14,109 bases of DNA from assembly GCA_003221005.1 (NCBI GenBank), contig QHTZ01000089.1:1-14109 (forward strand). The letters run 5' to 3'. This DNA comes from Gemmatimonadota bacterium (GTDB lineage: Bacteria; Gemmatimonadota; Gemmatimonadetes; Gemmatimonadales; GWC2-71-9). The notes beneath the pieces were generated by a model. It ran no database searches. It had not been told where the DNA came from and was given only the letters and a program-made list of their open reading frames with translations. A program made the translations under genes and the position numbers. Of the stretch, positions 1-7,463 are shown one piece after another (within the stretch, counting starts at the first letter, position 1; every line of letters starts with the position of its first letter).

Positions 1-1
1 G

Positions 2-238
2 CTCGTCAAACGCGACGGGACTGTCACGCATCTCGCAGGCGCGGCAGCGGCGGAGCATCTCGGCTTGCCGGGCGTTGCGGCGGAGCTCTACCGCACGGCC
101 CGGCGTCTGCGCGTGTTCGTGCTGCGCCCCGTCGAGGTGCCCCGGGCGGGGATCGTCGGACTCGTAATGCTCCCAGCCGGGGAGATCGCGGCCCGGTTGG
201 CGGACGGAAAAAGCCTGCTCAGGACCGCGCGGGGATAG
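2..238 (+). CDS. 3' end of a hypothetical protein (begins upstream of window)
   Basis: Frame +2 is open from base 2 to TAG at 236-238 (LVKRDGTVTHLAG...RLRVFVLRPVEVPRAGIVGLVMLP...LLRTARG*) with GC3-rich codons. Absent from the ORF track because it has no start in the window. Overlaps the PP2C 3' end convergently by 20 nt. No family recognised. Confidence 0.55.
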   Translation, partial: LVKRDGTVTHLAGAAAAEHLGLPGVAAELYRTARRLRVFVLRPVEVPRAGIVGLVMLPAGEIAARLADGKSLLRTARG

Positions 239-1001
239 GCTGGGTCCGGCTGTCGGCGCCCGCTGCGGGATCCACGGAGTCGATGCGGACGACCACGGCC
301 GTGATGTTGTCGAGTCCGCCGTGGCGGTTGGCTTCGGAGATGAGGGCGTCGACCTGCTCCTGCGGCGTCCGGCCCGACTTGAGCACCTGGACGAGATCGG
401 GATCCTCGACCATTCCCGTGAGGCCGTCGGAAGCGAGGAGGAACAGGTCCATCGGCTTCAAGGCCCCCGCGTAGACGTCCGGAATCACGTCGCTGTTCGC
501 ACCGACGCAGCGCGTGATCACGTTGCTGTACGGATGCGCGCGAGCCTGATCCGGCGTCAGGTAGCCGGCGTCCACCTGCTCCTGCACGTACGAGTGGTCC
601 TTGGTGAGCTGCACCAGCTTACCGTCCCGCAGCAGGTAGGCGCGGCTGTCGCCCACCTGTCCGATGAGGAAGCGCGCGTCATACAGCACCAGCGCGGTGA
701 CCGTGGTGCCCATGCCCCGCTTGTCGGGCTCGGTCAACGTTCGCTGAAAGATCGCGCCGTTGGCGCCGCGGATCGCCGTGCGCATGCGATCGGCGACCTG
801 CTCGTCCCCCAGCCCACGCAGCGAGCCGAGCTCACGCGCCACGTAGCGCACGGCCATCTCGCTCGCCACCTCGCCTGCGGCGTGGCCGCCCATCCCGTCG
901 GCGACGACGAAGATCCCGCGGTCGGGCACCACAATGTAGTTGTCTTCATTGCCTGACCGGATGACTCCGACGTCGGTGCGGCCCGCGCAGGTGATGTGCA
1001 C
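219..1001 (-). CDS. PP2C/PPM-family Ser/Thr protein phosphatase (Stp1/PrpC-like)
   Basis: Motifs TDVGVIRSGNED, VADGMGGHAAGEVAS, GMGTT, VGDSRAY, QLTKDHS, LASDGL, GGLDNIT; GTG start 9 nt after the FHA gene stop. Confidence 0.96.
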   Translation of the reverse strand: MHITCAGRTDVGVIRSGNEDNYIVVPDRGIFVVADGMGGHAAGEVASEMAVRYVARELGSLRGLGDEQVADRMRTAIRGANGAIFQRTLTEPDKRGMGTTVTALVLYDARFLIGQVGDSRAYLLRDGKLVQLTKDHSYVQEQVDAGYLTPDQARAHPYSNVITRCVGANSDVIPDVYAGALKPMDLFLLASDGLTGMVEDPDLVQVLKSGRTPQEQVDALISEANRHGGLDNITAVVVRIDSVDPAAGADSRTQPIPARS

Positions 1002-1010
1002 TCGAGCGTG

Positions 1011-2432
1011 CTAGGCGAGAATCCAGTGCACGACGGCCGCGACCCCGGCTCCGCCGAGCAGCAGCACCAGCGCCCCGGCACCGCACCCCTTGCCTTGCTT
1101 CTGCGGCGGCGGTGTCTGGGGCCGCTTGGCCTGGCTCTTGGGGAGCGGGGGCGCCTTCGCCCCCGGCGGAGCTTTGGCCGGCAGGGGACCTTTCGCCGGC
1201 GGGGGCGCCGTGGTCGCGGCCTTGGGCGCGGGCTTGGCAGGGGGGGACGGCGGGGTCGCGCGACTGGCCGGAGCCGCCGGGGCTGGCGGCGCCGCGAGCA
1301 CCACGGTTCCCCCGCCCTTCTCGACACCCAGAGCGTCGTCCGTCGGCTCGAAAACGAGCGGCACCTCTCCGAATCGCACGCTCGCTCCCGGGGCGATTGG
1401 CGTCTCGCTCTTCACCCGTTCGCCGTCCACGAACGTGCCGTTCGTCGAGTCGAGGTCAACGAGCACCCAGACTCCCTCGCGGCGCTGGAGCTTGGCATGC
1501 GCGGTCGAGACCGACGGGTCGCCGAGGACCAGATCGTTGTAGTCGGCCCGCCCGATGTTGACGATCGGCGTCTTGATCTGCAACCGCTGGCCCTTGAGCG
1601 CGCCACCGGTCACGAGAAAGGTGGCGAGCGGGCCCGTCTGTGACGGGCGACTCTTCGCGCCCGCAGCCTGTGACGGGGGCGCGGCCTGCGGCGCGCTACC
1701 GGCCGGCCCCGGAGGAGGGCCCGCAGGGGGTGCGGGAGCGGGGGCGGGGGCGGGGGCGGGGGCGACATCCGCGTAGAAGCGGAAGTTCTCGTCGCCGATC
1801 CGGACCACATCGGCGCGCGCCAGGATCCGCTGGCCCTGGACGCGCTCCTCATTCACGAACGTGCCGTTGGTGCTCGAGTCGACGAGCAGATAGCCCCGGG
1901 GCGTCTGCACGATCTCCGCGTGGCGCCGCGACACGTCCTTGCCGGCGACCACGACATCGGAACCCGCCTCGCGCCCGAACACGAGCGACGTGCCCGCGAT
2001 CACGTACTCCCGTCCGTCCGTCAGGCTGACGACGCGTCCCCCGGTGTTGGCGGTCGCCGACCCCGTACGCGAGCCGGCGCCGCCGCCCGGCGCCTGGGCA
2101 CTACCCTCCGGCAGCTTGACGGCGGCGACATACTGGGTGCTGCCACTCCGCCGCTCGTCCACGAACGTCAGTTCCTGGCCGCCCACCTCGATCTTGTCGC
2201 CGTGCAGCAAGGGCGTCGGCTCCGCCCCCAGACGCACGCCGTTGATCAGCACGTCGGCGGCGGGCGTCGCCTTGCGGATCACGACCTGCCCGTCTGCCTG
2301 GCCCTGGAACACGGCGTGCCGGGGCTGTACCCCCGCCCCGGAGATCACGACCGCGCACCCGGCATCGCTCCCCAGGAACACCTCACCCGCGGGGATGGGG
2401 AACCTCTTGCCACCGAGCTCGAGTAGCGCCAT
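1011..2432 (-). CDS. Triple-FHA-domain protein with Pro/Ala-rich linkers and a C-terminal hydrophobic anchor
   Basis: FHA2 (FGR...VSRRHA...STNGTFVN) and FHA3 (IGR...VSTAHA...STNGTFVD) are canonical. FHA1 (LGS...VQPRHA...VLING) is degenerate. PAPAP linkers; ends in KGCGAGALVLLLGGAGVAAVVHWILA. Confidence 0.92.
   Translation of the reverse strand: MALLELGGKRFPIPAGEVFLGSDAGCAVVISGAGVQPRHAVFQGQADGQVVIRKATPAADVLINGVRLGAEPTPLLHGDKIEVGGQELTFVDERRSGSTQYVAAVKLPEGSAQAPGGGAGSRTGSATANTGGRVVSLTDGREYVIAGTSLVFGREAGSDVVVAGKDVSRRHAEIVQTPRGYLLVDSSTNGTFVNEERVQGQRILARADVVRIGDENFRFYADVAPAPAPAPAPAPPAGPPPGPAGSAPQAAPPSQAAGAKSRPSQTGPLATFLVTGGALKGQRLQIKTPIVNIGRADYNDLVLGDPSVSTAHAKLQRREGVWVLVDLDSTNGTFVDGERVKSETPIAPGASVRFGEVPLVFEPTDDALGVEKGGGTVVLAAPPAPAAPASRATPPSPPAKPAPKAATTAPPPAKGPLPAKAPPGAKAPPLPKSQAKRPQTPPPQKQGKGCGAGALVLLLGGAGVAAVVHWILA
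1740..1763 (+). repeat. (GGGGGC)4 hexamer tract encoding the Ala-Pro linker of the FHA protein
   Basis: gggggc gggggc gggggc gggggc read directly; translates to APAPAPAP on the minus strand. Confidence 0.8.
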
Positions 2433-2467
2433 CTGCGAAGGTTCCTAGAGGGGGGCGACGAGCCCGG

Positions 2468-2496
2468 AAGTTACGGCTGCCTTCGTAACCGCGCAA
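2468..2496 (-). promoter_or_regulatory. Putative sigma70 promoter for the FHA-PP2C operon, overlapped by a GTTACG-N8-CGTAAC palindrome
   Basis: Minus strand reads TTGCGC-17 nt-TAACTT, 35 nt upstream of the ATG at 2432; palindrome at 2470-2489. Confidence 0.5.
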
Positions 2497-2507
2497 GGAA
2501 ACACAGG

Positions 2508-3581
2508 TTAGACCGTATCCGGGGACACCGCCTCCTCCAGACCGACGAGCCCGCGGCGAATCCAACGCCAGAACAAGAGGGAACCCACCGCCACCGTCGC
2601 GTAGCTGTTGATGAAGCGCCACAGCAGCGTGTAGCTCGGCACGAGCGCCCGTGGCACGTAGATGGACATCACCGCTGCCGACAACAGCTCGGCGAGGCCG
2701 GACGCACCCGGGGTCGGCGCAAAGTAGAGGAGGAAGGTGATGAACGTTTGCAGCAGCAGGATGTCGACGAAGTTGGCGGGAATGCCGAGCGCCCGCAGCG
2801 CCGCGTAGCCGGCGAGCAGCTTGTTGGCGTGCGACGGACCGGACAGGAGTACCGCCCAGAACAGGGCGAGCCATCCCTTGGGGCTGCCGAATGCCACCAT
2901 GCACTCGTGCGCGCGGTCGACCCCTTCACGCAGCTGCTCGATGCGCGCGGCGACGCGTCGGCTGCGATGTTCCAGCCGGTTCGCCAGCCAGTGCACACCG
3001 TTGCGGAGCCACGCCGGGAAGACCATCGCGACGAGCATGAGCACGCCCAACACGCCGAAGATGGTCAGGCTGGTGCGAAACAGGTCGTAGTAGGAGATCC
3101 CGAGCACGACGTGATGAGCCGCGAGCGAGTGGCCGGCGCCGAAGTAGATCGCCAGCGGACCGGCAATCGCGAAGAACGCCACGGTAGCGACGAACGTCAT
3201 GAACGTCGAGGTCATCGCTTCGGGCAGCCGCACGCCGCCGCGCCGCATCGTCCACATCATCATGGGGCCTGCCCCCGTTTGGAACGGGGTGAGGTAGGCG
3301 CCCCAGGCGCTCATCCCCCCCGCGAGCACCATGTCCCGCCAACGCACGCCGGGGTGGACGTGGCGCGCCACGACCCACAGCCGCGTGCCCCCTCCGAACC
3401 AGTCCATAGAGGCGATCCCCAGCCCGAGGAGCAGCCAGCGCCAGCGGAGGCCGAGCAGCGCGGCGGCGAACGCCGGGAGGTTATTGCCGTACAGCAGCAG
3501 CCCCGCGACCCCTGCCAGCGAGATCAGCGCGAACAGCTCGAGGCCGCGGCGCAGCAGGCGCGGGGTTAGGGCGAGGGGCAT
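2508..3581 (-). CDS. UPF0104 / lysylphosphatidylglycerol-synthase TM-domain (flippase-like) membrane protein
   Basis: Multiple TM helices; motifs LTPFQTGAGP, PTPGASGLAE and LLWRFINSY typical of the LPG_synthase_TM family. Confidence 0.85.
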   Translation of the reverse strand: MPLALTPRLLRRGLELFALISLAGVAGLLLYGNNLPAFAAALLGLRWRWLLLGLGIASMDWFGGGTRLWVVARHVHPGVRWRDMVLAGGMSAWGAYLTPFQTGAGPMMMWTMRRGGVRLPEAMTSTFMTFVATVAFFAIAGPLAIYFGAGHSLAAHHVVLGISYYDLFRTSLTIFGVLGVLMLVAMVFPAWLRNGVHWLANRLEHRSRRVAARIEQLREGVDRAHECMVAFGSPKGWLALFWAVLLSGPSHANKLLAGYAALRALGIPANFVDILLLQTFITFLLYFAPTPGASGLAELLSAAVMSIYVPRALVPSYTLLWRFINSYATVAVGSLLFWRWIRRGLVGLEEAVSPDTV

Positions 3582-3603
3582 TTGGGGGCGAAGCTACTAC
3601 TGC

Positions 3604-3627
3604 GACGGAAAGACGGAAAGACGGAAG
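3604..3627 (+). repeat. 8-bp tandem repeat GACGGAAA x3 in the divergent intergenic region
   Basis: gacggaaa gacggaaa gacggaag read directly. Confidence 0.85.
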
Positions 3628-3632
3628 GGGGA

Positions 3633-3641
3633 TGTTATCTT
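3633..3641 (+). promoter_or_regulatory. Putative extended -10 element (TGnTATCTT) for uvrA
   Basis: TG-T-TATCTT ends 8 nt before the ATG at 3650; no Shine-Dalgarno in between. Confidence 0.4.
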
Positions 3642-3649
3642 TGCTGGTT

Positions 3650-6514
3650 ATGCCTGCGTCTCCCGATCGCGTGGTCATCCGCAACGCGCGACAGCACAAC
3701 CTGAAGGGGATCACGGTCGAGCTGCCGCGGCGGGCGCTGACCGTCATCACCGGACCCTCCGGCGCTGGCAAGAGCTCGCTCGCCTTCGACACCCTCTATG
3801 CCGAGGGGCAGCGGCGCTACATCGAGTCGCTCTCCACGTACGCCAAGCAATTCCTCGAGCGGATGCCCAAGCCGCTGGTGGACGCGCTCGAGGGGATCTC
3901 CCCGGCGGTGGCGATCGAGCAGAAGAATCCCACGACCAGCAGCCGCTCCACGGTGGGGACAGCGACCGAGATCTACGATTATCTCCGGCTCCTGTGGGCG
4001 CGGGTCGGGACGCCGTACTGCGTCACCTGCGGGAACGTGGTCAAGTCCGACACGGTCCAGGAGGTCGTGGATGACCTGATCGCGGAACGGGAAACGCGGA
4101 GCGCGGAACTGGTCGCCTCCTCCGGTTCCGAGTTCCGCGTTCCGCGTTCCGAGATTCTCGTCACCTTTCCTCTTCCCCCGAGCGCGCATCGCCCCGACGT
4201 CGAGGTAGCGGCGCAGCTCCGGGCCGCAGGGTTCGTGCGGGCGCACCTCGACGGCGCCTTAGTGCGGCTGGACGAGCCCGACGCGGAGCGGCGCGTGCGG
4301 GAAGCCGCGGAGGTCCTGGTCGTGGTGGACCGCATCGCTGCCTCGGAGTCGAGCCGCGGGCGCCTCGCCGACGCCGTGGCGACCGCCTTCAACGAGGGCG
4401 ACGGGGTCGCGGTCGCGCTCGACAACGGGTCTCGGAGGCGATTCTCCGAGCACCCGACTTGCTCCCACTGCGGCACCCCCGGGCCGACGCTCGCACCGAC
4501 CCTGTTCTCGTTCAACAACCCGCGGGGTGCCTGCCCTGGCTGCAACGGTTTCGGCGCCGTGCTCGAGTACGACGAGTCGCTAATCGTCCCCGATCCAGCA
4601 CGCTCGCTCGCACAGGGAACGCTCGATCCCTGGACCAAGCCGCGCTACGAAGGGCGCCGCCGGCTGCTGCGGGAGACGGCGCGCGCCCGACATATCCCGC
4701 TCGATACCTCGTGGCGCGACCTTGCAGAGCGCGACCGACACTTTCTGCTGCATGGCGCCAGCGGGCGTTACCTGGGGGTGTTCCCGTTTCTCCAGCGGCT
4801 CGAAGCCAAGCGCTACAAGCAGTACATCCGCGTGTTCCTGCGCCAGTACCAGCTCGCGAAGACGTGCCCGGCGTGCGGCGGTGCCCGCCTCAAGCCGGAG
4901 GCGCTGGCGGTGCGCGTGGGGGGCCGCACCATCGCCGAGACGTCGGCGCTCACCGCGGCGGAGCTGCGCGACTGGGTCGCCGGCCTCGCGCTGCCGCCCT
5001 TCGAGCGCGCGGTCGCCGTTCATATCGTGAGCGAGGTCGGGGCGCGTCTCTCGTTCGTCAACGATGTGGGACTCGGCTATCTGACGCTTGACCGTCTCAC
5101 GCGGACCCTCTCGGGGGGAGAGGCCCAGCGCATCTCCCTCGCCAATGCGCTGGGCTCGCACCTCGTGGACACGCTGTATGTGCTCGATGAGCCGTCCATT
5201 GGCCTCCACCCGTCAGACGTGGACCGGCTGCTGGGATTGCTGCGCCGCCTTGCCGACGCCGGCAACACTGTCGTCGTGGTCGAGCACGACCTCGCGGCGA
5301 TGCGGGCGGCCGATTACATGATCGAGCTCGGGCCGGGGAGCGGAGAGGCAGGGGGACGCCTCGTGTTTCAGGGACCGGCCCGCGGCGTGAGCGAGGCGGG
5401 AACGTTGACCGGCCAGTATCTGCGGGGGGAAAAGCGGATCGGCATTCCCTCAGCGCGCCGCCCTGCCGGGCCGCCCTGGTTGGCCGTCCGCGGCGCCCGC
5501 CTCCACAACCTGCACGGCGTCGACGTCCGCATCCCGCTGGGCACGCTCACGGCGGTGACCGGCGTGTCGGGGTCCGGAAAGTCGACGCTGGTGCACGACG
5601 TGCTGTATCGCCAGCTCGAGGCGCGGCTCCGGGGCGCGCACAGCGCCAAACAACACCTCGGCGAACCGGTAGGAGAAGTCGCGGCCCTCACCGGGTGGGA
5701 GGCGCTGGCCGACGTCGCCCTCATCGACCAGCAGCCGATCGGCCGCACGCCACGCTCGAACCCGGTGACGTACATCAAGGCGTTCGACGAGCTGCGCGCG
5801 CTGTTCGCGGCCGAGCCGCTCGCCCGCGCGCGGGGCTACACGCCCAGCATGTTCTCATTCAACATGGCCGGCGGCCGCTGCGAGGCCTGCGAGGGAGCCG
5901 GCCACGTCCAGGTCGAGATGGTGTTCCTCGCTAACGTGTTCGTGCCATGCGACGTATGCAGCGGCACGCGCTTCAAGCGCGAGGTGCTCGACGTCAAGCT
6001 CAGCGGCGGGGGGGAGGGCGGAGGCAGCTCGATCCACGACGTGTTGACCTGGACGGTGGATCAGGCCCTCACGCGCCTGCGTCGGCGGCCGCGTCTGGCC
6101 CGCGCCCTATGGCACCTCCAGCAGGTTGGGCTCGGCTACCTGCGGCTGGGCCAGCCCGCGACGACCCTCTCGGGGGGCGAGGCGCAGCGCCTGAAGATCG
6201 CGCGCGAGCTCGCGCTGGCGAGTGGCAGCCGCAAGCGCGGCCGCAAGCTCTACATCCTCGACGAGCCCACGACCGGCCTGCACCTGGACGACGTGCGCAC
6301 GCTGTGTCGCGTGCTCGACCGCCTCGTCGACACGGGCCACACCGTGCTCGTGATCGAGCACCATCTGGACGTAATCAAGCGCGCGGACTGGGTCATCGAT
6401 CTCGGCCCCGGCGCAGGCGACGCGGGCGGGCACGTGGTCGCCGCGGGAACCCCGGAGGAGGTAGCGCGCGTGGCAGACTCTCCCACGGGCCGCTATCTCA
6501 GGGACCTGGCATGA
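3650..6514 (+). CDS. uvrA: Excinuclease ABC subunit A (UvrA paralogue)
   Basis: ARQHNLK, Walker A motifs GPSGAGKSS and GVSGSGKST, YAEGQRRYIESLS, two LSGGEAQR signatures, two LDEP Walker B motifs, CxxC zinc modules. ATG 3650 preferred over 3632 because conserved sequence begins at DRVVIRNARQHNLK. Confidence 0.97.
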   Translation: MPASPDRVVIRNARQHNLKGITVELPRRALTVITGPSGAGKSSLAFDTLYAEGQRRYIESLSTYAKQFLERMPKPLVDALEGISPAVAIEQKNPTTSSRSTVGTATEIYDYLRLLWARVGTPYCVTCGNVVKSDTVQEVVDDLIAERETRSAELVASSGSEFRVPRSEILVTFPLPPSAHRPDVEVAAQLRAAGFVRAHLDGALVRLDEPDAERRVREAAEVLVVVDRIAASESSRGRLADAVATAFNEGDGVAVALDNGSRRRFSEHPTCSHCGTPGPTLAPTLFSFNNPRGACPGCNGFGAVLEYDESLIVPDPARSLAQGTLDPWTKPRYEGRRRLLRETARARHIPLDTSWRDLAERDRHFLLHGASGRYLGVFPFLQRLEAKRYKQYIRVFLRQYQLAKTCPACGGARLKPEALAVRVGGRTIAETSALTAAELRDWVAGLALPPFERAVAVHIVSEVGARLSFVNDVGLGYLTLDRLTRTLSGGEAQRISLANALGSHLVDTLYVLDEPSIGLHPSDVDRLLGLLRRLADAGNTVVVVEHDLAAMRAADYMIELGPGSGEAGGRLVFQGPARGVSEAGTLTGQYLRGEKRIGIPSARRPAGPPWLAVRGARLHNLHGVDVRIPLGTLTAVTGVSGSGKSTLVHDVLYRQLEARLRGAHSAKQHLGEPVGEVAALTGWEALADVALIDQQPIGRTPRSNPVTYIKAFDELRALFAAEPLARARGYTPSMFSFNMAGGRCEACEGAGHVQVEMVFLANVFVPCDVCSGTRFKREVLDVKLSGGGEGGGSSIHDVLTWTVDQALTRLRRRPRLARALWHLQQVGLGYLRLGQPATTLSGGEAQRLKIARELALASGSRKRGRKLYILDEPTTGLHLDDVRTLCRVLDRLVDTGHTVLVIEHHLDVIKRADWVIDLGPGAGDAGGHVVAAGTPEEVARVADSPTGRYLRDLA
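4079..4155. repeat. Inverted repeat built of 7-nt units (CGCGGAA x4 / TTCCGMG x4) inside uvrA
   Basis: Left arm at-cgcggaa-cgggaaa-cgcggag-cgcggaa-c; right arm g-ttccgag-ttccgcg-ttccgcg-ttccgag-at. 26/31 Watson-Crick pairs, 15-nt loop. Confidence 0.88.
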
Positions 6515-7413
6515 GCGCCACGACCGCCCGACTGCCTGACCGGCTGACTGCCCGCCGCGCGGACCTGACCCTCGCCCTCGCGAGCCTCGTGTGGGGCGTG
6601 AGCTTCGTCGTCGTGAAGGCGGCGCTCGCCGCGAGCACGCCGCTCGCGTTCACGGCGTTGCGCTTCGCGATCGCCACCCTGGCATTGGCGCCGTTCGCAC
6701 GCCTGGGGTCGCCCTTCGCGCCTCCCGAGCTCAAAGCGGGCGCCCTGCTCGGCGCCCTGCTCGCCGTCGGGTTCGCGGTGCAGGCCGTGGGCCTCGTGTT
6801 CACCACGCCGGCTCGCTCCGCCTTCATCGTGGCCAGCTCCTCTGTGCTCGCGCCGGTGGTGGCCTTCGTCGCGGTGCGGGAGCGGCCGCGCCCGTGGGTG
6901 ATCGCGGCGCTCGGGCTCGCGGGCGCCGGGATTTATTTCCTCGCGGCGCCGGGCGCGGGGGCGCTGAACCGCGGCGACCTGTGGACGCTTGTGACGGCGC
7001 TGTGCTTCGCCGGGCAGATCGTCGCGGTCACCGAGTTGGCGCCTGGGCACGACCCGGTACGGCTCGTCTGGATGCAGACGCTCGGCACCGCCCTCGGAGC
7101 CGGTGTGGCCGCTGCCTTGTTCGAGGACGTGCGCGTGAGCTGGAGCCCCGCGCTGCTCGGGGAGCTGGGCTACGCCGCCGTGTTCGCCACCGCGCTCGCG
7201 TTGCTGTGGCAGATACGCGCCCAGCGCCACATGTCCTCCGCGCGCGCTGGGCTGCTCCTCTGCCTCGAGCCGGTGTTCGCGGCGCTCGCGTCGTGGGCCT
7301 GGTTCGGCGAGCGACTGTCGCCGCTGCAATGGATGGGCGGCGGGATGATTCTGGCGGGCATGGTCCTCGCGGAGATTCCCCGGTCGGAGAGATCCCACGC
7401 GCCTGGAGTTTGA
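6511..7413 (+). CDS. EamA/DMT-family drug/metabolite transporter (300 aa)
   Basis: Real start is MSATTARL at 6511 (ATGA overlap with the uvrA stop). Motifs WGVSF, FTALRF, GDLWTL, LEPVFA, GERLS; about 10 TM helices. The upstream part of the 5947 ORF is a uvrA shadow. Confidence 0.92.
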   Translation: MSATTARLPDRLTARRADLTLALASLVWGVSFVVVKAALAASTPLAFTALRFAIATLALAPFARLGSPFAPPELKAGALLGALLAVGFAVQAVGLVFTTPARSAFIVASSSVLAPVVAFVAVRERPRPWVIAALGLAGAGIYFLAAPGAGALNRGDLWTLVTALCFAGQIVAVTELAPGHDPVRLVWMQTLGTALGAGVAAALFEDVRVSWSPALLGELGYAAVFATALALLWQIRAQRHMSSARAGLLLCLEPVFAALASWAWFGERLSPLQWMGGGMILAGMVLAEIPRSERSHAPGV

Positions 7414-7439
7414 CAGGGGCCCCCCGCACGCCCGATACT
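7410..7439 (+). promoter_or_regulatory. Putative sigma70 promoter for the response-regulator remnant
   Basis: Consensus TTGACA (7410-7415), 18 nt, GATACT (7434-7439); ATG at 7464. Confidence 0.5.
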
Positions 7440-7463
7440 GCACGCCACGGCGACCTGGCTCCC

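Noticed and set aside
219-2432. FHA plus PP2C as part of a type VI secretion locus
   Set aside because: No tss/hcp/vgrG/clpV genes adjacent, and the triple-FHA tail-anchored architecture differs from TagH/Fha1.
5947-6510. N-terminal 188 aa of the 488-aa ORF 5947..7413
   Set aside because: Arg/Ala-rich off-frame shadow of uvrA; the EamA protein starts at ATG 6511.
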